DNA from: Chrysomallon squamiferum
Lineage: Eukaryota; Animalia; Mollusca
Reading direction: 5' to 3'
Length of the DNA stretch: 64,000 bases
NCBI GenBank assembly: GCA_012295275.1
Contig: CM022665.1
Span: 14,942,001 to 15,006,000 of the forward strand
A program made the translations under genes and the position numbers. Position 1 is the first letter of the stretch; the number at the start of each line of letters is the position of its first letter. The notes under the pieces were generated by a model. It did no database searches, was not told the DNA's origin, and was given only the letters and a program-made list of their open reading frames with translations. Below, piece after piece: positions 51,793-64,000 of the stretch.

Positions 51793-54700
51793 TTAGACAG
51801 CAGTTCCCCTCTCCAGATTCTGTTTTATTTCTGTGGTGTACTGTCCATAGAATCGCTCCAGTTTCTTGTTGAATTTCATGTTACGTTCATTGATGTAGTC
51901 AATATCTGCATCTTCATCAAAAGCCCTACGTCTGCTGTACTTGGATCTCTTCTCAATCCTAGGTGGAAAAAACAAAGGAAATACATCTTAATATATTTTT
52001 CTGGATGGCAATGTGTGATATGCATAGATCTACATACAATATTCTGACACCAATTATGTGTCATTTAGCTAAAAGTAAATTTTCTGGGTGTCAAAAAAAT
52101 GGTAAATAATGAAAAAAGGATGTGTCACACTCACGTCCGAGATATATAAAAATCTCTTTTCAAAATTCAAATCAAATTATATAAATACAAAAAAATTGTT
52201 TTAAAAAAAAGATGAGTTTCAGTATACTCAAATGGCAGATATTATTAAATAACAAATTCAAACAGTATATTTTCAAAGAACCAAAGTCTGCTATTACCAC
52301 TTTAAACAACATTAAACCTGTCAAGGAATAAATTTCTAACAGAACATTATTAGTCTGAATGTTCCTAATAAAATTACTACTCACTGTTTTTCCAAATCTT
52401 GCACCATTCTATCCACAGCTTCATCAGGATCTTTGCGTTCATGGAGGCCCAGTGTACTCGTTGTAGCATAGAAATCATCTCCTCTAAAATATATGATCAC
52501 AAATGATGGCTTAATTTTTTCATTTTATTTAGTTTCATAATTACTTTATTCTAATCTGACTCTAACATATTACTGATGGGAGTGAAATATTATACCAGAG
52601 TAAAAATACCACTGCAAAATTATCAATCTTACATAAGGTGGCATGCTAAAGAATAAATAAATAACATACCCATTAAGTGAATGAGAAAACTGAAAAAATG
52701 TGATTACATGTCATTAAGTTTTGTTTCTTTTTATGGAAATATTTATGGTTTTCTATTTCTTGTTTGTAAGAATAACTGTTTATCATTAAAATGTTTTCAT
52801 TTTGCAAGAAATAAGAAGATTAAAAACATGCATAATAGTGAAAACAATTATGATAAACATCTATTAACAATTAAAAATAACTTGTCTCTTCAACATTTAG
52901 ATAAAAAAATAAAGCATCTTACAGCTTTTCTTTCTGTTTTCCATATTCATTCATATCGGGTTTCATTTGCTTCGTTAGTCGTTGATACTGTCTGACAGTG
53001 GCCTGCTCAAAATCTGAATGTTTAAAAAATATGTTAATTTTAATTTGTTTACTGGAGTTAAATATATTATCACATATACTGGCAATACACAATCCATTAC
53101 TTCTGGATAAATTAGATGAACCTGATGCACATTCACCTAGGTATCATTACCAGGAATGAAATACATCTGAATCTTATAAAGCAATGATTAAATATGAAAT
53201 AAATATTTAAAAAGTCAAAATAGTAATAAAGATGACAAAAGTCTGCCACTTACAAAAAAAGTTAAAAAATCACTTAAAAAATCACTAAATGTCATAAAAT
53301 CTTATTTCCTTAAAAATATATTTTCAATTTTATCAAATTTGTATTCTTTGATTATCTAACTTTCGATAACTGTTTGACTCTGTTGTGAATAAATGTGATG
53401 TGCACAGTAAAAATACATTTTTGCAACAGCCCTGTCCTTTTATTTCCTTTGTTAACATTCAGTGATGCAAAATTTATTGAAAAATTGCTCATGTTTGAAT
53501 ACATAGGTCTTCCACCATGTTGAACCTTCATTGACATTCTGTATACCAGCACAAAGTTCTATGTCAGCTGTGAATAAGCAACAATGATTGGCTAAAATGC
53601 ATTTTAACTATTTACCTGCAAAATTTGAGTGAATTTGATCCATCAGATATGCAGATCCTGATTTTGAGCTGAACCATTGAAATCAACCCAGTCTGGGCAC
53701 GTTGAGAGACTGAAATTTTTCTGTTTTGGAATTTACATAACACTGTTCTAATGTATAGCTGACAATGTGTTAAAACTTCAGCCAGATTTGATAAGAATTA
53801 AAAAAAATATATATTTCACCACTGTCCCCTTACAATAATTATAACCAGACTGATTTCTTCTAAGCCTGATATTAGTATTTAAAAAATAATTTCTAAAATG
53901 TGTTAGACACATCAACAAAAGTTAACCAAACTACCTGCAAACCCAGTGTCAGGGTTTTTCTTCTTTTTCTTCCTTTCCCATTTTTCAGCTTCATCAGCAC
54001 CAATCTCCAGCATTTTCACACGATCATAATCAACACCTTTCTCCTTACATTCCTACATAAATTTACAATTTATAAATTAGTACTAATATCCATTTTAAAC
54101 ACACCTGAACATGGTATTATGAGTAACTAACTACATGTTGAAGGTACTTTTATTAGTGTAATGATATGAGTAAGGAAACCAACTATTGATCTTCTTTATA
54201 TCAATTAACAGCAAAAGATTTTGTTATTTGTTTTTCTTCAGGGACAAGAAAGCACATGATAATGCCTCATTAAAGCAGTCATGGAACACTGAGTAAAACA
54301 TGTTATCTCAGTGATATCTGTTAATGTAAAAAGGAAAAGGCAGTAATAAAATGAATCTATCTGAACAAGTTTAACTCCTGTAGATAACTGTCCTGAGAAA
54401 AACATACATCTTAATAAAGTTACCCATCAAGTGACATTTCAAAAAACAATAATCCAAACATACAATTACTGTAAAACTACAGCAACATTTTTTTTTTTTT
54501 TTTTTTTTGGGGGAATTAAACAGTATGTCCTTTACTGCTTTAAAAGCAGGCATAATAAAAACAAATAATTTAAAGATGATAAATCAATCAATTCATATTT
54601 TTTAACACCAACTTTGTAAAGCTTCATTAAAAAAAATATCCAAATATACTTATAAACATACACACAAACATAACACAGATATGCTACCAGTACCTGTATA

Positions 54701-56632
54701 TAGGTATATATGTATGAATTTTGTACAAAAATAATTATTAGTTAAAAATGTGGCACTGACTTAGATTTTCTATACTGATTCATAAACAGCTTATTGAAGA
54801 AATTGTTAAAATAATCAGTCGAACAAGGACAACAGTTTTCAGTATCTCTGTGTGCAGGAATAACTACAAAATTAAACACCTGTTTTTTCTTTTCTGATTC
54901 TTCTTCCCACTCCATTCGTTTTCTCTTCTGTTCAAAATTAGCTGGACGTTTCTTCCGTTCATCTTCAGCAACCACTTCTTTGTGGTTCAGTTTTCTTGCT
55001 TCATTCTGTAATATTTTTTAAAAATCTATATATAATTCTAAATTAAAGGTAAATAAAGTAACAATATTTTACAAAAATACCTGAAAAATATTTTATTTGT
55101 AAAATTCTAAATATTGTTTTCTACTAAGAGATAAACAATGATGATCTAATATTATCACTATAATGCATGATATGTATGATCATAATTGTGAATTATCAGA
55201 AAAAAAAAAATCTTTCACATTTCTAAGAATGCAAACAATTCAAATATATTTATTCATTATACTTTTTCTTCTTTTTCTTTTTAATTTTGCGCATATACAC
55301 ATATATATATATATATACACAGAATGCATTTGATAAATACATACATACATACATACTACTACATAAACAGATATATACTATATAGATATCAAATTTATAC
55401 CATTCTTAGTTCTAGTTCTTTCAGTCTGTTCAGCCTTGCAAATTTAGATTTGGCTGTTCCAGTAACTGAACTGGTGGAAGCAGCTTTTTCTGTTACCTAT
55501 AAGATACAGAAGTAAAAAATTTAAGCTCCTTCAACAGTTTAATGTTGACACTAAATATTAATGATAACAGTATTTATATCACAAAATGTTATTTTTTTCC
55601 AAATGACCAAAATATTTATTTCTAAAGTCATTATTTAGATCATTCAATGTCCAAAATAATTCTAATTATTAAATAAATGCAAAACATTAATATTAAACAT
55701 CAGCTGATTATAATATTTATCAATGTGCAGCATTTAACTATGAGACAATCATTTTATTTTTGTTCCAAAATTTCTAGATAGAGCTCTAATTATTGCCAAT
55801 AATGTACTGAAAACTGTTTTGAGTAATATTCATTTAGTGCTTACTTATTTATTTATCAATTTACATCTGTTTTTAAATTTCTTTAAAATCATCTAGAATT
55901 CACATAACTAACTTTTATAAGAAATATATTTTTGAAGTGATAATTTAATATTCTTGGCTGCAATTGTCCTGTAATTAAAAACATATATAATTCTAATACA
56001 GTTTTTAAGATAATATTCTAAAATATTTTACTGACAGTTTATGAACCTGTCTTAATGTTCTTTTCCTTTTTTATGTAAATATATTTAATATCTGCAGTAA
56101 AAACAAAGAATCTTAGAATGTGTTTTTACTTTTGTTTTGGATCCAAATATATTTACTTCCTTCAGCCTGTCTAACTGACACTTTAGTCTCAACTCTTTAG
56201 TTTGAATCAAATAAAAATACATTTCTAAGGTTCAAGATTTCACTCTCTCATAGTTATAATCTCACTTTAAAATAAATAAATAAAAATTACTTTCAGGCTA
56301 AATATAAAATGAGATATATTATATATCGTCTTTAAGACTGATTATTTTTTCTATATATCTATACAGACTGTTTAATCGATTTCATTTTCAGTATTTTAAC
56401 TCAAGGACTGTTGTTATTTGTATCACGAAAACATATTACTAACCGTCTAACGTATTTTGATAATTTGATTATAATTTACAGACATTTGCGACAGTTTTCA
56501 TCATTATAAGGATTTAAATAACAAATTAATAATAAGATATTCAATTAACCGAGTAGCTTCTTACACTCAAATTAAGATTGTGGCCAATACAAAACAATAA
56601 AAAGGAAATCAACAACTTACAGCAGACGCCAT
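51793..56632 (-). CDS. SYF2: Pre-mRNA-splicing factor SYF2, 7 exons, about 235 aa
   Basis: Exons 56632-56621 (MASA), 55496-55401, 55005-54880, 54052-53935, 53013-52923, 52483-52385, 51958-51793 (708 nt). Translation [116 protein letters not shown] is diagnostic. Confidence 0.97.
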
Positions 56633-56990
56633 TTTAACAAATTCTTCTACTTGTTACGCTTAAGCATTCTACTGCTACTCTGTCCTGTTTTCCGTTTTGT
56701 TAATTTGTGGCGGTATGGCTAAAACGATATTCTAATAAAATTATTTATATTTCCAAGATATTATTTTATTGTTATATAACAGTTAATTAATATATTACAA
56801 GACGGATTGCTTGTCGTATTTCTTCTCACAACATTAGAAGAAACGTTAAATTAAATATATATATATACATATATATATATACACATATATATATTGAAAA
56901 CAAAAATTATCTTTTTTATTTGATTTGTAAAAACAAAGATAATAATTTACACATGGATGTGTATTAAACACCTAATTATTTCAAACAGTG

Positions 56991-57428
56991 TCTAATTATA
57001 CATAAAATCTTTCTCCCCGATTTCGCCCTTGTAGAAACTAAATTTTGGACGATTTCGCCGGTGATCAGATCGACATACCCCAATTGGTGCGCCTTGCATG
57101 CACTGAATAACGACAACTGAATAAATATTGTTCCAAGACGTTTTATTGTTATACTTTATTAAAAACTGAGACTGCACAGGAAAAAAAGTTAAAATAATAA
57201 AATTAAATAAATAATTATATATAAATATATATATATATCTAAACACGAAATTATGCAAAATATATTAACACGTTATAGTTAGTGAAATCATAAAATGCCA
57301 TAATCAGTTAAAGGAATAAAACAGAATATAAAATATAAATTAAATTGATTTTTAACATGGGGAAAATATAAAATATAAATTAAATTGATTTTTAACATGA
57401 CCTACCTCGGGTAGGTCGAAACGGCAGT
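56991..57428 (+). mobile_element. Possible non-autonomous Helitron-like element upstream of SYF2
   Basis: 5' end TCTAATTATACATAAAA; perfect hairpin GACCTACC-TCG-GGTAGGTC at 57399-57417, about 10 nt before GGCAGT (imperfect CTRR end); internal 35-bp direct repeat 57325-57359 / 57365-57399. Confidence 0.45.
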
Positions 57429-59949
57429 CGGCGACAGAAGTCAATATTTCGACTAATATAGAACATGAAATAATTTTTCTTTGATGGCATTAGTCATGTA
57501 AAGCGTAATCTAACGTCACTAGCATAATAAATAGCTTAAACACATATAATTTCGCATGACTGTTTCAGAAATTCTTAACAATCTAGTGAAGATGCTCGGT
57601 AAACATCAATTCCTGATCCTCGGGCTGAAAAATAAATAAATAAAATTGATGGCCATATGTGTACCTTTCATGCTGTGAATAATATTCCAGCTGAACTGAA
57701 TATAATTAGGTTTGATGATGCCGTTTCCTAGCACCGGCGAAGAGACAGTAATAACAAAAACTGTGAATAGATAAACATTGTAAAATATATAATTTCAAAT
57801 TATAAACATTTATATATTGTTTCTGAAACCGCCTTTACTTAAAGCATAATCCGCCCGTGCTTCACAATAATTATCCATAACATTTACTTTTTTCATAACA
57901 ATTTTCATTTTCTTTAAGAATTATATGCATTAACTAATACTTTATTTTTTTCTTTTCTGAATATTTCTTCCAGATCTTTATTTTTACTGAATGAATGCAA
58001 TTATGAAAAATATACAGCGCATTTTAAGAATTCATTTCAGAAAAAAAAGACCCCCCCCCCACCTCACAAAATAGCATTGATGACATTACAGTAAATAAAT
58101 TCTCCTAAGTATGTTTTGTACGTCCTTCTTCTTGGAGATTTGATTATGGCTATCCTAACTATGGATGATTAATTCTGCACAGTGTCATGTGATAGGTCAA
58201 AGCTGAAATAGTAATTTTTTATTCAAGAAGTACCAATAAAACTATAGCTTAAATTGCTTAATTATAATATAATATTTCAGATATTCTTTTTCGATTCCCG
58301 ATATTATTATCAATTAGAATGGCTGTAAAAGTACACATTTGATTGTCTCAATTTTTATTTTATGTTAAATGTATTTATCAAATGAAAAAAAAAAAAAAAA
58401 AAAAAAAAAAAAACATATATATCACGAAAGAAATACGTCCGTTTGTTTCTTAATTTCTAAGTTGTAATTCAAACATTAATAATTTGTAATTTTTTTTTTT
58501 TTTTTTTTTTTCTTAATATAAGTAATGTATGATTATACTGGACTTTATTAAAAACTAGTTCTAAATTTATTTGTATTGTGTGCTAACTGACATTTAATTC
58601 AGATACTAAAAATGTCTTTTATCGGTCATGGTAGTGTGTATAATTTTAGTAACCAATCCTTAAATATTTCAGGTACTTCGACCTTAGGAATTGCTGAATG
58701 TAAAAACTATTTTCATTGGATATAACTTTTACTATGCGTTAGTGTATTATTTTGTTTATTCTTATATGAAAACTACTGGTAGATCCAGGTATGTTTTAAC
58801 TTCTTATCTTTTTTCCTGTATTTGTTTTAATAGTTGTCTTTATTAATTACGATGGTGATAAATACATCTCTCTTAACTAGTTAGACACATGGAAAGTACT
58901 CGTGTAAATAATTATCTGTGTAACAACAAGTACTGTATGTTACCGAAATGTATACTGTACTAAAATAGATCAGACATTCAGATATTATGTTTATGTTTTT
59001 GTTTTTTGTTTTATTTAATAAATTACACTCTTTCCAATAAAATTAACAATTCAGCCACCGTTTATCATTGGACGAAATACACAGTAATAATATATATACA
59101 CTTGTTACTAACTGCAGTGTGACTATTTTTTTTAAATATTTTGCATGTTAGAATAATTCGTTGTTTAAGTTAGGTATGTGACAAAAATTTTAAAATTATT
59201 ATTTTCCTAAAGCATTATGTATTATTAGTCGGAACAAAAACAAATTGCATATTAAAATGACACCAGGATCTGTTTGATAGCATTGATATGAAAAAAGTTA
59301 TGAAGTTTTATCGGAATAAATTTGAGGGTATTTTTCCTTAAAAAAATATAGAAAAACTAATGCATTTTAATTCATTAACTGCACTAATTAGCTCAAATGT
59401 ACCATACACCTTATTAATGTAATTCTCAAAAACTCCATAGAAATTAAACCAATATAGAAAAAGATTACTTTTCAAGACTGATGAATTGCAGGGGCCTTTA
59501 CATATTCAAGTATTTTGCTAGCATTAATTTTTTGTCAGTTAATTCATAGCATTAATATGCCTTATGCCTTCATTATACAGATTTAACATTTCATAAAAAT
59601 CAAAGCAATGTAAATGAACTGTATCTGAAAATAGAGTTTTTGATGGGTTTATAAGCTTGGCAGATTTTAACAAACACTGCTACAGATGAGTCTTATGGTA
59701 AAAAAAACTAATTTAAAATTAATACCCATTGGAAAGGCCTTATGACAAAATACAGTAACCACACACAATATGTTCCCCAAGTTAAAATTTTGACATTTCA
59801 TTGTCCACAGCATCTTCATGTGTCTTTATGCGTCCTACTACACAGTTGACTTTTATCTTTTTTTAAGCTGTTCAATTTATCCATTGTATGTAACATGGTC
59901 CTATATTCTGTCCAATAGCTGTGCCAGACAAAATGTCATAGAGATCAGC

Positions 59950-62260
59950 AAGTTATTATGTTTTTTCTAATTCAGGAAAATCACTGTCTAAGACTTCCAT
60001 TTTTCTTATTTTCAGCACTTGTTCTATTTTTTTTTCCTTTCCTTTTTACCCTTTTTCTGCTGTGTGACAGAAACTCTTCTGGACAGTTCTTGTCTAAGTT
60101 CCTCATGCTTTCTTCTGTTTTTATTATGTCTGTGTCTTCCTCTACTGATTATATCTTGCTTTTCTCTTGTTCCAGTCCATCAAGATATTCAACAACCATG
60201 TTCTTCTTTGCTCTCATCGCTGACAGAAAGTAGAGGGTTGTGCTTGGTGCTTTCTGTTTTGTTCCACTAAACATTCCTATTCCTTGTGGAATGTGGTTAA
60301 TGCAGTTTCCTTTCTCAGTTGCTCAACATCGTTAAGGTGGAAGAACCTTTCATACCATATAGACAATTTGATCCTGGGCAGATTTATAAAATATTGTCAT
60401 CCAAGGTCCTGACAGCTACTTGCCTCTGAAGGCAAGGACACACAGTTCCTGCACTACTTTCTTACCATATATACTTGTGTATAAGTCGAATTTTTGGGAG
60501 ACTATATTAAGGTAATATTTTGGGGGTCGATTTATACATAGGTAATGCTTTTGTAGCTGTTGCTGAAGAGTCGCCATTTTGACTATTTTTTGCTACGGGA
60601 TGCATCTAAAATAATCGCGGTCTTTCAGCTTTTCAAAAATATAATTTTATCATATAAAAATTTTTGAAAAAGTAAATAACAAAACCAAATATGAATGTAA
60701 AACATGATATTCTTCCGTTTAATGACATAAAAATACATTTTAAAGAGAGAAAACCATCAGTACGGCATTATGCCTTACGGCGTCTTGCAATGATCTAGGA
60801 ATGCAGACTTCACTGCCAAATTGCACTAAATATCAGTCCTAATTTCATAAACAAAACTCACTTGTGTAATTGTAAAGAATTTGGTGAAATAATATTGCAA
60901 TCATTAATATCCACAACCGACAAATCGACTAAATATAATGGTAAGTTAGGTCTCCATGTTAGACCTATTACATTAAAGAGATACTATTTATGATACATTT
61001 AGCCTATGGCTCGTGTAGTACATGCATTTACGTTATTATTGTATGTTCGTGCAAGTTATGTTACAGTAGGCGTACAATGTAGGCCTTCATGGCACTGTCA
61101 CACTGGTCTAAAAATAGTGACGGTGCCTGGAATCTACAGTCGACTTATACACAAGTAATACCTAAAATGACGCAATTTTTGGTCTTAAAATACACATCGA
61201 CTTATACATAAGGTCGCCTTGTACACAAGTATATACGGTACTTAACACACACAAAGGCTTTCACATAGTTTTTCACATTTTACACAGGATGTTGCAAAAA
61301 ATATATCAACAAACAAATGGTGGTTAACAATCTTGTTCCTGACAAATGAGGAGGAGTATGTGCAGCTTGTTTCCTTGATAGCATGGAATTATTCCTTTTG
61401 GAAGGCCCTGATTGTGGAGAAAGGTGAGAAAGCCTCTGGTGTCCCCTTTTCCAGTATTATATCTAATCTTGTTAATTGCAAGTACAATGGTTCCTGCAAT
61501 ACAGTCAAAGTCATACACTTGTCCCCTTTCCTTTCCTTGTGACTTGAGAGCCTGGTGGCAGGAAGTAGCAACAGTATCCTATGGCTGCAGGTGACAGTTG
61601 TTGTCATTGAGGACCTTGCCCCATTCTTCTGTTTTTTTCCCTCAGTTTTCTGATGGTGGCATGATTTACTGCAGCTCTGTCTGTCATTGCGTTGGATATG
61701 TTTAAAGATGATGGTTTGATGACAGTCTTGGAAACTGATTTTATGCACTTCGACTTAGGTTTCTACAAGGTTGTCAACAGCAGAAGCAATGTTGTTGCAG
61801 TAATCTTCTGCTGTACCACCAGCTAGCTGGTCCAAGGTAGCCAGATTCTGTTGTATAATGGACACGGTTCACATGGACCCCTTCTTGTGCGACTGCATCA
61901 AATGCAATAGTTAAATTTTTGGATGTCATTGCAATTTTTGCTGCTTCAAGGTCAGCAATCACATCAAGCTTATGTGTCATCTGCTCCACTGTATTATATT
62001 GGGGAACATCTTCTGTCTAAGCTAACATTTCTTGACATTTTTTTGTCATGTGATATATTGAAGCCTTTGCCTGTGTTTTTCTTTCTTACTTGTAAATGTG
62101 TCAGCTCTAAGAAACATTGAACTTGTAAGACATTGGCTATGGCCATATCATTTTTGTTTGTGTTGATTGCTGAGAACACCATTCTTTTTGGTATCCAAAA
62201 ATTACTATCTGCTACCTTAAATATTTGTATAAAATTTGGCAGACTATGAAAGAAATGCAT
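59950..62260 (-). mobile_element. Decayed DDE transposase pseudogene (CxxH class: hAT/P/MULE/Kolobok-like), split by a nested MITE
   Basis: Frameshifted minus-strand fragments in order: LTIAFDAVAQEGVHVNRVHYTT, LDQLAGGTAEDYCNNI, ISNAMTDRAAVNHATIRKL, LNDNNCHLQP*DT, KGDTRGFLTFLHNQGLPKGIIPCYQGNKLHIL; beyond the MITE, GK*LSGPWMTIFY and MRAKKNMVVEYLDGL. Confidence 0.7.
60465..61238. mobile_element. pogo/Tc2-type MITE nested in the decayed transposase
   Basis: TIRs CCATATATACTTGTGTATAAGTCGA / TCGCCTTGTACACAAGTATATACGG; TA at 60463-60464 and 61239-61240; subterminal TCGACTTATAC repeats. Confidence 0.85.
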
Positions 62261-62641
62261 AATTTGTATTTTGTGTATTATTTAAAGTCTCAAATAAGCT
62301 TACCTTGAATCGACTACAATCATTTTGAAACAGTAAGTGTGTCTGTTGATTCTCTGTCATTTATCAAGAAATGAATACTGTGATGAAGCTGAATATGTAT
62401 ACTATGTCATGATGTTTGTTGTTTTTGAAAGTATTAAAAAATAATGATGAATTAGAAACACAAGTGAGGCACCCCCCTTCAAGATAAGTTAAAACATGTC
62501 ATAACAGTTGGGTGACTGTCTGTAGCAGCACACATCTTTTGTCACATAGCTATATAAATGGTTTAAGCAGTGCTTGATGTAATCGTATGTATATTAGTTG
62601 ATAATTAAACATACAAATTAACTGATTTTTATTATATTTCT

Positions 62642-63560
62642 GGGTCATTCCTTGTCAAATCACCTCCCAAAAAACTAATTTTAAACCCGACTGTCTCAGA
62701 TTTTTATGAAACATGGTATACTTGTTGATTGGGACCCCACAACACCAAATCCAAAATTTTAGGCCATTCAGACCAGTGGTTTGGGAGATAGGGCCCCCAA
62801 AATTTCTTCAACATCTTGTATATAAAATAATTCCAACAGTTATGAACTGCTAATCAGTTATTAATTAAAGTGTATTTTGATCATTTGCTGTAATCACTTC
62901 TCTGGTGGCCTCAAAAAAATGTTTTGTAATTAATACCTACAAATAACTAAATACACAGTTGAAACTGTTTGATGACATTGGTCTTGAAACCTTCCATATA
63001 ATAAACCTAGACATGCCGTCACAATGACTCTTGTGGGATCACTGACTGATAATGCACAGACGTTTGATATAGGGTCAGTTTGAAGAATGTTGGGTACACT
63101 AACCATTTGACCTTTGTTATGACATTGAAATTGACCTTGTGGATCACATGACCTTGAGATGACCTTTCTTGAAATTTAATCTCCCACATGTAAAACATAT
63201 AAAAGTTTCAGAGATATAATATTCTTTGTTTAGCAGCAATACACATTAAAAAATTGCATGTCCATGAAAATAACACCTTTTCTGCCATTAACATCTAATT
63301 AGCTAAAACCTGAATGACCAATTCCTGATGCTAGGAATCCGTGAGGTTGCATGAAATGAATGAAGAAGTCTCCATGCTCTTCTGAAATGTCCTCAACTAA
63401 CCCACCCCATGCCTCATTGTCATACAGACAACAAACATAGTTTTGCTTCTTGGCTCCTCTGGTAACTCTATCATATCATCTTCAAAGACCAGTCATTGTA
63501 AGTGTTTTGAGACACATATGATGTGCAGTTCACAATGTCATTCCACTCTTCCATGCAAAA
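62642..63560 (-). mobile_element. Probable Sola2-like DNA transposon remnant
   Basis: Terminus GGGTCATTCCTTGTCAAATCACC (GRG start). Minus strand 63300-63453 reads NYVCCLYDNEAWGGLVEDISEEHGDFFIHFMQPHG, resembling the YVAxxYDxxWxxG..FMHPxG C-terminal motif I associate with Sola2-type transposases. Clustered TGACCTT motifs at 63105-63170. Confidence 0.45.
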
Positions 63561-64000
63561 ATAAAAACTGTTGTTACTTATAGTTTATTCTGTTTCTTAA
63601 CTTTAAGCTTGATATGTTTCAGTGTAAATATTTATGTTAGGTGATAAGAAAAAGATCGTAATTAATTAAAATTTACTTCTGTTCTTTTTGTTTCATTTTT
63701 AAAAACCAAGTGTGTGTGTGTGTGTGTGCTATCAACATCCTTTTTGCCAGCTTAATAGGCAAAAAAACTCTTCTCCTAACCTCAAGTTTTTGCTTGACAT
63801 TTGAAACATTTCCCTATTCCTTACTTAAGCACTTTCAATTTTATCACAAAGGATGGAAGAATTTAATAACAAGTAAAACAATTTTGAGGAATATGTATCA
63901 AATAAATAACTAAATATCAGGTATAATACAGAATTCTTGGGAACCAGACATTAATCATGATGGGATATTGAGATAAGGTTCCTTGTCCAAAAATGCACAG

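Overview
Very AT-rich, intron-rich animal genomic DNA with no prokaryotic features. The gene and transposon complement fits a non-vertebrate bilaterian, possibly a mollusc (inference). I built five spliced genes by hand, with consistent intron phases: MFSD9 (+, 190-4475, one GC-AG intron); NPAT-like (-, 25404 to at least 14170, 3' end unresolved); PEX7 (+, 25717-31779, head-to-head with NPAT, 312 bp between ATGs); a cpRAS-family Zn-finger/vWA protein with no recognisable Ras domain (-, 48848-34620); and SYF2 (-, 56632-51793). Between MFSD9 and NPAT lies a tandem duplication with patchy divergence, a Tigger element between the copies, and duplicated exon-like blocks that could give NPAT two alternative C-termini. 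The last 7 kb is mostly decayed and nested DNA transposons. I found no convincing wholly new biological system. The best leads are the Ras-less cpRAS protein, the duplicated NPAT 3' region and a candidate poison exon in SYF2. Family assignments come from remembered motifs, not from database searches.
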